Below, in pieces: positions 1 through 7,796 of a stretch of 64,000 nucleotides of DNA; position 1 is the stretch's first letter; each line of letters opens with the position of its first letter. Source of the stretch: Bacteroidaceae bacterium (GTDB lineage Bacteria > Bacteroidota > Bacteroidia > Bacteroidales > Bacteroidaceae); assembly GCA_024401055.1 (NCBI GenBank), contig JAKSLT010000002.1, positions 1,885 to 65,884 on the forward strand. The letters run 5' to 3'. The position numbers and the translations under genes were made by a program. The notes beneath the pieces are model-generated. The model made no database searches. It was not told the origin of the DNA and worked only from the letters and a program-made list of their open reading frames with translations.

Positions 1-115
1 GGAGCATCATTCGCAGAAAGGGTTTGACGAAGAGATGAAGTCCTTCTTGGAACGCTCCGACATCGTTTACGAAGAGGCCTATCGCCTTCACGGAATAGAC
101 ACATCGCCTACCTAA
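1..115 (+). mobile_element. 3' end of an IS200/IS605-family Y1 (RAYT-like) transposase gene, 5'-truncated by the window edge
   Basis: The frame from nt 2 reads EHHSQKGFDEEMKSFLERSDIVYEEAYRLHGIDTSPT-stop (TAA 113-115). This resembles the (Q)xEHH...FxEE...FL....I.Y(D/E)E.Y C-terminus of Bacteroidetes Y1 transposases. A REP-like palindromic unit overlaps the stop codon. The catalytic HUH/Y motifs would lie outside the window. Confidence 0.72.
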
Positions 116-198
116 AGGCAGGCTTCCTAAACATGGCAAACCAACCAGCCATTACGCTATGCTCATGGCTGGCTACCGTATCTCACCCCTAACGGGGT
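103..198. repeat. REP-like unit, family A (three hairpins), flanking the transposase
   Basis: atcgcctacctaaaggcaggc ... ccagccattacgctatgctcatggctggctaccgtat ... acccctaacggggt. The same blocks occur in the same order at 59076-59183 and inverted at 58932-59037. Confidence 0.85.
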
Positions 199-265
199 TC
201 TGCCTAATGACCATACCATCGTTTGATATTCTTACCACCTCCTTATTATATATTTATAGTGAAGT

Positions 266-916
266 ATGACTATTAAAGAAAACATCTTACCTCGCACTCT
301 TTTCTTCTCCTGCAAGGTTTCGGCCGCCATTTGTAGCTTTGTTTTTATATTGGCCGCCCTCGCCTCCTGCACCGACAGCGACGGCATTGAGGACCATACC
401 TACGACCGCTGGCAGGAACGTAACGACTCCGCCTTCCACGCCGTATTCACCGAGGCACAGAAGGCCATCGGGCAGGGCAGCAACCAGTGGCGCATCATTC
501 GCCGCTACGACTCCACCCTACCCACGAGCGAGAGCAACAGCATCGTCGTGCGCATCGATAAAGAGGGCACCGGCACCGAATGCCCCTACTACACCGACAG
601 CGTGCGCGTCAACTATATCGGCTCGCTCCTCACGGGCAAGAGTTTCGACCACTCCGGCTTCTATTCCGATTACGAAAGCGTGTTCTCGCCCCAGCTCTGC
701 CGCCCCGCTTCCATGCTCGTGAGCGGCACTGTCCCGGGATTCTCCACCGCCCTGCAGTACATGCACGTCGGTGACATCTGGCGCGTGTGGATGCCCCAGC
801 AGCTCGGCTACGGCACGGAGAATAAGAACAAAATCCCCGCCTATTCCATGCTGCAGTTCGACATTCAGCTCGTGCAGTATGCCCGTCGCGGACAGCCGCT
901 GCCCGTGTGGAAATAG
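266..916 (+). CDS. FKBP-type peptidyl-prolyl cis-trans isomerase, lipoprotein
   Basis: Lipobox LASC. FKBP motifs VRVNYIGSLLTGKSFD, VPGFSTALQYMHVGDIW, LGYG and IPAYSMLQFDIQL. Confidence 0.92.
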   Translation: MTIKENILPRTLFFSCKVSAAICSFVFILAALASCTDSDGIEDHTYDRWQERNDSAFHAVFTEAQKAIGQGSNQWRIIRRYDSTLPTSESNSIVVRIDKEGTGTECPYYTDSVRVNYIGSLLTGKSFDHSGFYSDYESVFSPQLCRPASMLVSGTVPGFSTALQYMHVGDIWRVWMPQQLGYGTENKNKIPAYSMLQFDIQLVQYARRGQPLPVWK

Positions 917-921
917 CACCT

Positions 922-978
922 GCCTGAAAGCCTTCAACATCCTATCCGAAAGCTTTCGGCATTGCCCCGAAAGCTTTC
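922..978. repeat. Three-unit array, period 21-22 bp, palindromic core CCGAAAGCTTTCGG
   Basis: GAAAGC starts at 926, 948 and 969. The middle unit is the perfect palindrome ccgaaagctttcgg. Confidence 0.7.
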
Positions 979-1005
979 TTTTTTTCAAGAAAAAGCTGTC
1001 ACACA

Positions 1006-3630
1006 ATGACTAAAAAACTTCTCCTAATCCTCTCGTGCCTTTTCCTCTGCACCACCGCCGCTTTGGCACAGGGCAAGCAATACGTGGGCTACTGCGACGG
1101 CCAGATTGCCTCCACTTCTTCCGGCAAATACACCAGCATCGGCGAGGTGGGTGCCACCGTCAGCATCGCCATCCGCCTCACGAAGGAATCCCTCGCCGCC
1201 TATAAGGGCTGCGACATTGTGGGTGTGAACTACGGTTCTCCCACGTCCCAGGGCCTTCCCTCCGTAAGCGTGTGGATACGTTCCTCTCTCGACGGTGCCG
1301 ACCTCACCTCCGGCAAAATCACCAGCACCAACTACGGCTGGCACGAGGGTGCCGTCGCGCCCTACACCATCACCGGCAACGAGTCCGAGCTCTGGATTGG
1401 CGCTACCTATAAGAATAATACGCGCGCCTACTATGCCGTGTCGTTCGCCGGCACCACGGTGGCCGACGGGTGCTATGTCAATGCCGGCAGCGCCTGGACC
1501 AACTACGCCACTCAAGGCTGGGGCAGCCTCTCCCTCGAAGCTATCGTGGAGGGCTCCGGCGTGAAGTCGCGCGACCTCGCCTTGCAGAACGTCACCTGCA
1601 GCCAGCGCGCCGTGCAGATAGGTCAGGATTTCTCCGTCAGCGGCCTCATCAAGAACAATGCCTCCGACCCTGCCGTCAATCCCCTCATCCGCTACAGTCT
1701 GGGCGGTAAGGCCCTCGGCACCTACACCTACGACGGCACCATCTCCTCCCGCACTTCTGCCCCCTTCACCATCAACATTCCCTCGGAGTCCGTCACCGAG
1801 GAGGGCCCCGCCACCGTGGAGCTCTCTCTCGAGTGGGCCGACGGCCAGCCCGACCAGGCACCCGCCGACAACGTGGCTTCGCTTCAGGTGGAGATGACGC
1901 GCCTCTCCTTCACCCGCCGCATGGTGGTGGAGGAGCACACCGGCTCATGGTGCGGCTGGTGTGTCCGCGGCATCGTGGGCCTCAAGGAGATGAAGGAGAA
2001 GTTCGGCGACGACTTCATCGGCATCGGCATCCACAACAACGACATGTACGCCGTGCAGGCCTACGATGACTTCATCGCGGGCTATATGAACGGTTACCCT
2101 AACAGCATAATCAATCGCAGCGGCAGCCAGGCCGATCCCGCCTACACCACTCTCTTCTCACGCTATCAGAGTATGGACAAGACGGCCGACGCCGACATCA
2201 CCCTCGACGCCTCTTGCGCTGACGGCAAGATTACCTTCAACGCCCACGCGCAGTTTGTCTTCAGCGCCAAGAACGCCGACTATCGCGTAGCCTTCGTGCT
2301 CCTCGAAAACCAGCTCCCCATCCGCCAGACCAACAACTACGCCGGCGGCGGCACAGTGATGGGCGGCTTCGAGAGTATGGGCTCGCCCGCCAACATCAAC
2401 ATCGACGACGTGGCCCGCGGCATCTATCCCTCGCCCGCCGGCGAGAAGGGCGCCCTGCCCGCCAGCATCGCCGCAAGCACCATCTACGACTATTCCTACA
2501 CCACCGCACTCCCCAAACTCTCCAACCCCGCCAACGTGGAGGCCGTGGCCCTGCTCCTCAACGGCACCACGGGTGAAATCCTCAATGCCGTCAAGATAAG
2601 CAAGATTGAAGGCCTCAACGCCGGCGACATCGACGACCCCGACACCCCCGACGCCGAGCTCTCCTGCACACTCTCCCCTGCCGCGGGCGCCACCGTCAAT
2701 ACCCTCGACAAAGTCGTCCTCACCTTCCACGGCAAGGACGCTGAGGCCGGCATGAACCACGTAGGCTACTACAACTATCTCGCCCCCAACTACGGCGCGC
2801 CCTCCGTGCAGATTTCCTCGCGCCCCTATCTGAAGGCCGCCGACGGCAAGACAGTGGCCAAGGCCTCCCGCGTGATGTGGACGAAAAATCCCGACTACGG
2901 CAAGGTGGCCGCCGCCGACCCTTACAACGTCTGCGAGTTCCAGCTCTCCTTCGACGGCGTGCCCGCCGGCCACTACACCCTCGTGGTGCCCCAGAACTCC
3001 TTCGTCTATTACAATTCCCGCGACGTACTCTGCACCACGCCGGAATACACCGCCGACTACACCGTGACGGTCTCCTCGCCCGCCCTCCTCGGCCACTACG
3101 ACGCCAGCTTCCAGCCCGCCCGGAACAGCGAACTCGAGCAGTGGGACGTCGTCACGCTCAACAGCAACGACGCCATCTTCGACTATCTCCACACCGACCT
3201 CCCCCTCGTCTATAACTATTTCTATATCGACACCCCGCGCCGCCCCTACGTCATCCTTCCGAACGGTGTGGAGCAGGAGGCCAAGTACGTCGATTTCGTA
3301 GAGACCACCGGCGTCAGCACCGTGGGCACGCAGATACAGTTCACCTTCTCCCCCTCGCGCACCCGCGGCACCTACACCCTCGTCATCCCCGACGGCTACA
3401 TCGTGCAGGGCAACGACGCCACCGAGGAGGCCTACGCCCAGCCCGAGCGGCGCTTCAACTTCTTCGTAGGCCAGGCCCCCGAAGGAATAGAAAAGACGAC
3501 GGACGACGGGCAACAGACACCTTGTGCCTACGGGACGAAAGCCGCTGGCCGCGCCTGCGACCTCACGGGGCGCCCCCTCATCAATCCCGCCGGCCTCTAC
3601 ATCCGGCAGGGCCGCAAACTGATGAAATAG
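1006..3630 (+). CDS. Omp28-related, CxxC-containing secreted protein with a T9SS-type C-terminal tail
   Basis: Signal peptide. VVEEHTGSWCGWCVRG and GYPNSIINR (Omp28/thioredoxin-like). Ig-like repeats (YTLVVPQNSF, YTLVIPDGYI). C-terminus DLTGR...GLYIRQGRKLMK. Confidence 0.85.
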   Translation: MTKKLLLILSCLFLCTTAALAQGKQYVGYCDGQIASTSSGKYTSIGEVGATVSIAIRLTKESLAAYKGCDIVGVNYGSPTSQGLPSVSVWIRSSLDGADLTSGKITSTNYGWHEGAVAPYTITGNESELWIGATYKNNTRAYYAVSFAGTTVADGCYVNAGSAWTNYATQGWGSLSLEAIVEGSGVKSRDLALQNVTCSQRAVQIGQDFSVSGLIKNNASDPAVNPLIRYSLGGKALGTYTYDGTISSRTSAPFTINIPSESVTEEGPATVELSLEWADGQPDQAPADNVASLQVEMTRLSFTRRMVVEEHTGSWCGWCVRGIVGLKEMKEKFGDDFIGIGIHNNDMYAVQAYDDFIAGYMNGYPNSIINRSGSQADPAYTTLFSRYQSMDKTADADITLDASCADGKITFNAHAQFVFSAKNADYRVAFVLLENQLPIRQTNNYAGGGTVMGGFESMGSPANINIDDVARGIYPSPAGEKGALPASIAASTIYDYSYTTALPKLSNPANVEAVALLLNGTTGEILNAVKISKIEGLNAGDIDDPDTPDAELSCTLSPAAGATVNTLDKVVLTFHGKDAEAGMNHVGYYNYLAPNYGAPSVQISSRPYLKAADGKTVAKASRVMWTKNPDYGKVAAADPYNVCEFQLSFDGVPAGHYTLVVPQNSFVYYNSRDVLCTTPEYTADYTVTVSSPALLGHYDASFQPARNSELEQWDVVTLNSNDAIFDYLHTDLPLVYNYFYIDTPRRPYVILPNGVEQEAKYVDFVETTGVSTVGTQIQFTFSPSRTRGTYTLVIPDGYIVQGNDATEEAYAQPERRFNFFVGQAPEGIEKTTDDGQQTPCAYGTKAAGRACDLTGRPLINPAGLYIRQGRKLMK

Positions 3631-3788
3631 TCCGCCCCACCCTCCCGGCAAGCCCCACCTGCCGACAGCATCCGCGCCGGGCTGAAAACCCTTTCCTTTA
3701 TCCACCTTTCTCCCTTTCCCCCGCCCCATTTCGCTACAGCAAAGCCCCTACCGTCTGTCCCGAAGTGGCTGGCTCCGGTTTTTTTCGC

Positions 3789-3860
3789 CGACTGCAATAT
3801 CGTTTGACAGCAGTCAAACGATTGCGTGACTACTGCCAAACGATTGTGTGACTGTAGTCG
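3789..3860. repeat. 22-bp-period array with short inverted ends
   Basis: TGAC starts at 3805, 3827 and 3849 (tgacagcagtcaaacgattgcg / tgactactgccaaacgattgtg / tgactgtagtcg). Internal palindrome atcgtttgacagcagtcaaacgat. Ends cgactgca ... tgtagtcg. Confidence 0.7.
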
Positions 3861-4086
3861 CGTAATGACAGAATGCGGTGTAGAAACAAGGAAGAGTGGG
3901 CGCAGGAACGATTTATACAGAGTTTGCAACATCTTTTGGGGAACTATGGGGAAGTTTATTTTATTTATTTTAGCGTCCGGGAAAACGACGGCAAACTTAG
4001 GGTAAATACTTTTTAGGCCTTTTTAGGGCAGAAAAAATTGATTTACACGGTTTTACAGCCGCTCTCGCCAACGCTTTCGCCGAGGG

Positions 4087-4198
4087 AGTCGTCTTGGCCA
4101 CAGCTGTGGCCAAGTATGCGTCACAGCTGTGGCCAAGTATCGGTCACTACTGTGGCCAAGTATCGGTCACTACTGTGGCCATGACGACTAAATGCCGA
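4087..4198. repeat. 23-bp x4 palindromic array with terminal inverted repeats (MITE-like), copy 1
   Basis: Units start at 4099, 4122, 4145 and 4168 (cac-agc/tac-tgtggccaagtat-gcgt/cggt). Left end agtcgtcttggccacag is inverted to right end ctgtggccatgacgact. Confidence 0.9.
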
Positions 4199-4322
4199 CT
4201 AAGGACAACGCCTTCGGATGGGGCAATGATTATTGCTTATCGGGCAATGACTGTTACTTCACAAATCCATTGCCGCCGGGCTATGTCAAACACTGCTTGC
4301 GCCGGGCTGCGCACCCTTGGCC

Positions 4323-4361
4323 AAAAGAAAGCGGGCGACCCTCGTCGGAGGGCCGCCCGCT
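4323..4361 (-). terminator. Intrinsic terminator of acpP-fabF-rnc
   Basis: Stem agcgggcgaccctc / gagggccgcccgct followed by a T-rich tract on the minus strand. Confidence 0.75.
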
Positions 4362-4383
4362 ATGTTCTGGGGGAGATGTGTGC

Positions 4384-5799
4384 TTAGTTTGTCTTGCCGC
4401 TGTCCATGCCGGGAGCGCGCTTGGCGGGACGATGGCGGCGCGTGGCACGCTTCTTCTTTTCCACGGGCTCGGCAAGAGTGGTTTTTGCAGCGTCGGCAGA
4501 TGTTGCAGCAGGCTCTTGCACTTCGGGCTTCGGAGCGGGAGCTTCAGCGGGCTTTGCGGCGGGTTCGGCCTTTTCAACAGGTTCGGTTTTTTCGGCCTTC
4601 TCTGTCTTTTCAGGACGCTGCGCACGGCTGGCAGGGCGTTCGGGACGTTTGTTGTCCTGACGGGCCTGGCGCTCGGTAGCCTCCGGCTTGTTTTCCGTGC
4701 TTTCCTGCTTGCGCTCGGTAGCCTCCTGTTTGCGCTCGGTATTGTCTTTTCTGCGTTCCTGGCCGTCACGCTGGGAGGATTTCTCCTGTGCGGGTTTTTC
4801 CTGCTTGTCTTTGGAGGCTTTCTGCTGCTTCTCAGCCTGCTGAGAATCCTTCTTCTCGCTTTCCACGGGCGTGGGCTCAGCCTTGACAGGAGTCTTGGCG
4901 GGGCGACCCTCGCGGCGACGCACGGGCTTCTTCTTACCGGTGGCGGGCACGGAGCCGGCATTGGAGGCGTGGTCTATTTCTGCTATGCGGGGCAGGGCGG
5001 CATATTCCTCTGCCTCCATGGCGGTGCGCTGTTCCTTGCCGCCGAAAACGCGGTCCTTGAAGCCATCTTCGTGGCGCAGGCGGGTGAGGGCGTGGCGGGC
5101 CGTTTCCTGCTCGGCCTGCTTCTTGCTGAAGCCTTTACCCTCGCCGCACACGATGCCTTCGATGACTACGCTGGTGCGGAATTCGGAGTTGCCGTCGCGG
5201 GAGATTTCTTCATCCACGCGGAAGTCGCACTGGAGTTTATTCTTCTGCGCCCACTCCAGGAGTTTGGACTTGAAGTTGGTCTCCTTCTGCGCCGTGTCGT
5301 CGAGGTCGAGGGTGCGGGAGTCCATCATCTTTTTCTGTACGAAGGCGAGCACGGCCTTGTAGCCGTGATCGAGATAAAGCGCGCCGACGAGGGCCTCAAA
5401 GGCGTTGCCGCCCACGTTGGAATTGTGGGACGGGGAGTTTACGTTGGCGTGGATGAGGTCTATGATTCCCATGCGGGCGGCGAGGCGGTTGAGCGTCTCG
5501 CGCTGCACGAGTTTAGAGCGTGTGTTGGTGAGGAAACCTTCTCTCTTGGAAGGGAAATGGTGAAATACGATGTGGCTGACGGTGGCTTCGAGCACGGCGT
5601 CGCCGAGGAATTCGAGTCGTTCGTTGTTTACGGGTTTGTCCTGTCCGTGGCGTCCGCGGTATTGCTGGGAGCGGTGGGCGAGGGCTTCGCGATAGAGTTC
5701 GAGATTGTGGGGATATTTCCCAAGGATGTCATAGAGAGCCTTGCGAAGCTGCGAGTTTTTCTGGAAAGGCAGCTTCACGCGGTCGATAATGTTACTCAT
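4384..5799 (-). CDS. rnc: Ribonuclease III with a long low-complexity C-terminal tail
   Basis: NERLEFLGDAVL, GNAFEALVGALYLD and dsRBD (NFKSKLLEWAQK, GKGFSKKQAEQ). Lies downstream of fabF as is usual in Bacteroidetes. Confidence 0.96.
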   Translation of the reverse strand: MSNIIDRVKLPFQKNSQLRKALYDILGKYPHNLELYREALAHRSQQYRGRHGQDKPVNNERLEFLGDAVLEATVSHIVFHHFPSKREGFLTNTRSKLVQRETLNRLAARMGIIDLIHANVNSPSHNSNVGGNAFEALVGALYLDHGYKAVLAFVQKKMMDSRTLDLDDTAQKETNFKSKLLEWAQKNKLQCDFRVDEEISRDGNSEFRTSVVIEGIVCGEGKGFSKKQAEQETARHALTRLRHEDGFKDRVFGGKEQRTAMEAEEYAALPRIAEIDHASNAGSVPATGKKKPVRRREGRPAKTPVKAEPTPVESEKKDSQQAEKQQKASKDKQEKPAQEKSSQRDGQERRKDNTERKQEATERKQESTENKPEATERQARQDNKRPERPASRAQRPEKTEKAEKTEPVEKAEPAAKPAEAPAPKPEVQEPAATSADAAKTTLAEPVEKKKRATRRHRPAKRAPGMDSGKTN

Positions 5800-7063
5800 T
5801 TTGTTGGAATTTCTTCACTATGCAACAGGCATTGTGGCCGCCGAAGCCGAAAGTATTGGATAGCGCGGCACGCACCTCGCGGTGCTGGGCGCTGTTGAAG
5901 GTGAAGTTCATTTTGTAATCAATCTGCTCGTCGAGGTCGTCGTCGGCGTGATTGATGGTGGGTGGAACAATGTTTTCCTCCACGGCCTTGCAGCAGGCAA
6001 TGCACTCCACGGCACCTGCGGCCCCGAGGAGGTGGCCCGTCATGGACTTCGTGGAGGAGATGTTAAGTTTGTAGGCGTGGTCGCCGAAGACCTGCTTGAT
6101 GGCCTTGGCTTCCGACACGTCGCCTACGGGGGTGGAAGTGCCGTGGACGTTGATGTAGTCTATGTCCTCCGGCTTGAGACCTGCGTCGCTGAGGGCTTCA
6201 CGCATGACGAGCGTGGCACCGAGTCCCTCGGGGTGTGAGGCCGTGATGTGATGGGCGTCGGCGCTCATGCCAACGCCGGCGAGCTCGCAATAGATGTGTG
6301 CCCCGCGAGCCAGGGCGTGGCCAAGCTCTTCAAGGACGATGATGCCGGCACCCTCGCCCATGATGAAGCCGTCGCGGCTGGCGCTGAAGGGACGACTGGC
6401 GTGCTCGGGGTCGTCATTGCGCGTGGAGAGGGCGTGCATGGCGCAGAAGCCGCCCACACCGACAGCCGTGATGGCTGCCTCGGCACCGCCGGTCACCATG
6501 ACGTTAGCCTTGCCGAGACGGATGAGGTTGAAGGCGTCGGCAATGGCGTTGGTGCTGGAGGCACAGGCACTGGCTGTGGAATAGTTGGGGCCGTGGAAGC
6601 CGTAGTGGATGGAGATGAGGCCGGCAGCCACGTCGCTTATCATTTTAGGAATGAGGAAGGGGGTGTAGCGCGGGCCGAGCTCAGCACCCGTGACGGCATA
6701 TTTGGAAATTTCCTCCTCAAGAGTGGTGATGCCGCCGATGCCTACGCCGAGCACGACACCGATGCGCGTCTTATCTACGGTGTCGAGGTCGAGGTGGCTG
6801 TCGGCTATGGCCTCGTGGGCGGCCACCATGGCATACTGCTCGTAGAGGTCCATCTTGCGCGCATCCTTACGGTCGAGAACATCGCCGACCACAAAGCTCT
6901 TTACTTCGCAAGCAAACTGCGCCTTGAACTGACTGGCGTCGAAATGGGTGATGGGGGCAGCTCCGCTCTTGCCCTGCTTGAGGCTCTCCCAAGTCTGCTC
7001 CAGGGTATTTCCTACGGGGGTAATGGCGCCGAGGCCAGTGACAACTACTCTCTTGAGTTCCAT
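5792..7063 (-). CDS. fabF: Beta-ketoacyl-ACP synthase II
   Basis: RVVVTGLG, SACAS, NVHGTST, KSMTGHLLGAAG and NTFGFGGHN. Confidence 0.98.
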   Translation of the reverse strand: MELKRVVVTGLGAITPVGNTLEQTWESLKQGKSGAAPITHFDASQFKAQFACEVKSFVVGDVLDRKDARKMDLYEQYAMVAAHEAIADSHLDLDTVDKTRIGVVLGVGIGGITTLEEEISKYAVTGAELGPRYTPFLIPKMISDVAAGLISIHYGFHGPNYSTASACASSTNAIADAFNLIRLGKANVMVTGGAEAAITAVGVGGFCAMHALSTRNDDPEHASRPFSASRDGFIMGEGAGIIVLEELGHALARGAHIYCELAGVGMSADAHHITASHPEGLGATLVMREALSDAGLKPEDIDYINVHGTSTPVGDVSEAKAIKQVFGDHAYKLNISSTKSMTGHLLGAAGAVECIACCKAVEENIVPPTINHADDDLDEQIDYKMNFTFNSAQHREVRAALSNTFGFGGHNACCIVKKFQQNE

Positions 7064-7076
7064 AATAAAGCTTTAA

Positions 7077-7287
7077 GACCCTCCCCTGCCCCCTCCCTGA
7101 GGCGGGCAACAAATGGGGCGGCGGGTCGAAGTTAATAGTTATTAGTTAATGGTAGGTTGATGATAATCGCTCGTTAATATCTGCTCTCCTCTTTGCTCAT
7201 GGGCAATCTCATGCCGCGCTTGAAGAACTGTCTCCAACCTTGCTTGAAGAAAGACCTCCTGCCCTCAAAAGGAAGGGGGAAAGGGTC
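7077..7287. repeat. Inverted pair of family-B (GACCC-type) REP units
   Basis: gaccctcccctgccccctccctgaggcgggc at 7077-7107, and gacctcctgccctcaaaaggaagggggaaagggtc at 7253-7287 in the opposite orientation. Confidence 0.65.
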
Positions 7288-7341
7288 TTTGAAAGGGTGA
7301 CAGTGGTGTGGAAGTGTTAGGTGGAGAGCCTTTTGCGCATA

Positions 7342-7383
7342 GCAAATGTGGCAATGCGCCCTGAGGTACATTGCCACATTGGC
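7342..7383 (-). terminator. Stem-loop downstream of acpP (partial terminator or transcript stabiliser)
   Basis: Perfect 12-bp stem aatgtggcaatg / cattgccacatt. Confidence 0.55.
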
Positions 7384-7407
7384 ACGCGCGGTGGTCGCTG
7401 AGCCTTA

Positions 7408-7647
7408 TTAGTTCTGCTGCAGAGACTCAATAAGAGCGATGGCGTCGCCAACGGTGACAATCTTCTCGCTTTCGGTGTCGGGAATCTGGATTTTGAATTC
7501 GTCCTCGAGCTTCATGATGAGCTCTACCTGATCGAGGCTGTCGGCGCCGAGATCCTGAAGGAAGGAGGCTTCGTTCGTTACTTCGTCTTCACTTACGCTG
7601 AGTTTGTCAACGATGATTTGCTTTACTTTTGCTTCAATTTCAGACAT
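7408..7647 (-). CDS. acpP: Acyl carrier protein
   Basis: DLGADSLD phosphopantetheine site; 79 aa, acidic. Confidence 0.98.
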   Translation of the reverse strand: MSEIEAKVKQIIVDKLSVSEDEVTNEASFLQDLGADSLDQVELIMKLEDEFKIQIPDTESEKIVTVGDAIALIESLQQN

Positions 7648-7722
7648 TGTAGTAAATATTTTAAGTTATTCTTATTTCTTTTACAGCCCGTTGTATCGGG
7701 GCTTGGTAAATGTTAACGAGTG

Positions 7723-7754
7723 CAAAGATACGTTTTAATCTCGTAATATCCAAA
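7723..7754 (-). promoter_or_regulatory. Bacteroidetes -33/-7 promoter of acpP
   Basis: Minus strand TTTG (7751-7754), then N20, then TATCTTTG (7723-7730). Confidence 0.75.
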
Positions 7755-7796
7755 CATTTTATAGAGAAAAGCTCTTTTTTTGCACACTAACACCCC

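Noticed and set aside
4094-4387. Small ORFs over repeats (4094-4387, 27277-27462, 40815-41033, 59588-59779, 59073-59420)
   Set aside because: These are translations of non-coding repeat arrays, and the peptide periodicity only mirrors the DNA repeat.
4192-5898. 568-aa plus-strand ORF, and similar long ORFs at 2158-3729, 14333-16144, 27467-29101, 34502-36796 and 57206-58747
   Set aside because: All lie antisense to well-supported genes. High GC3 depletes stop codons on the opposite strand, and no motifs are present.
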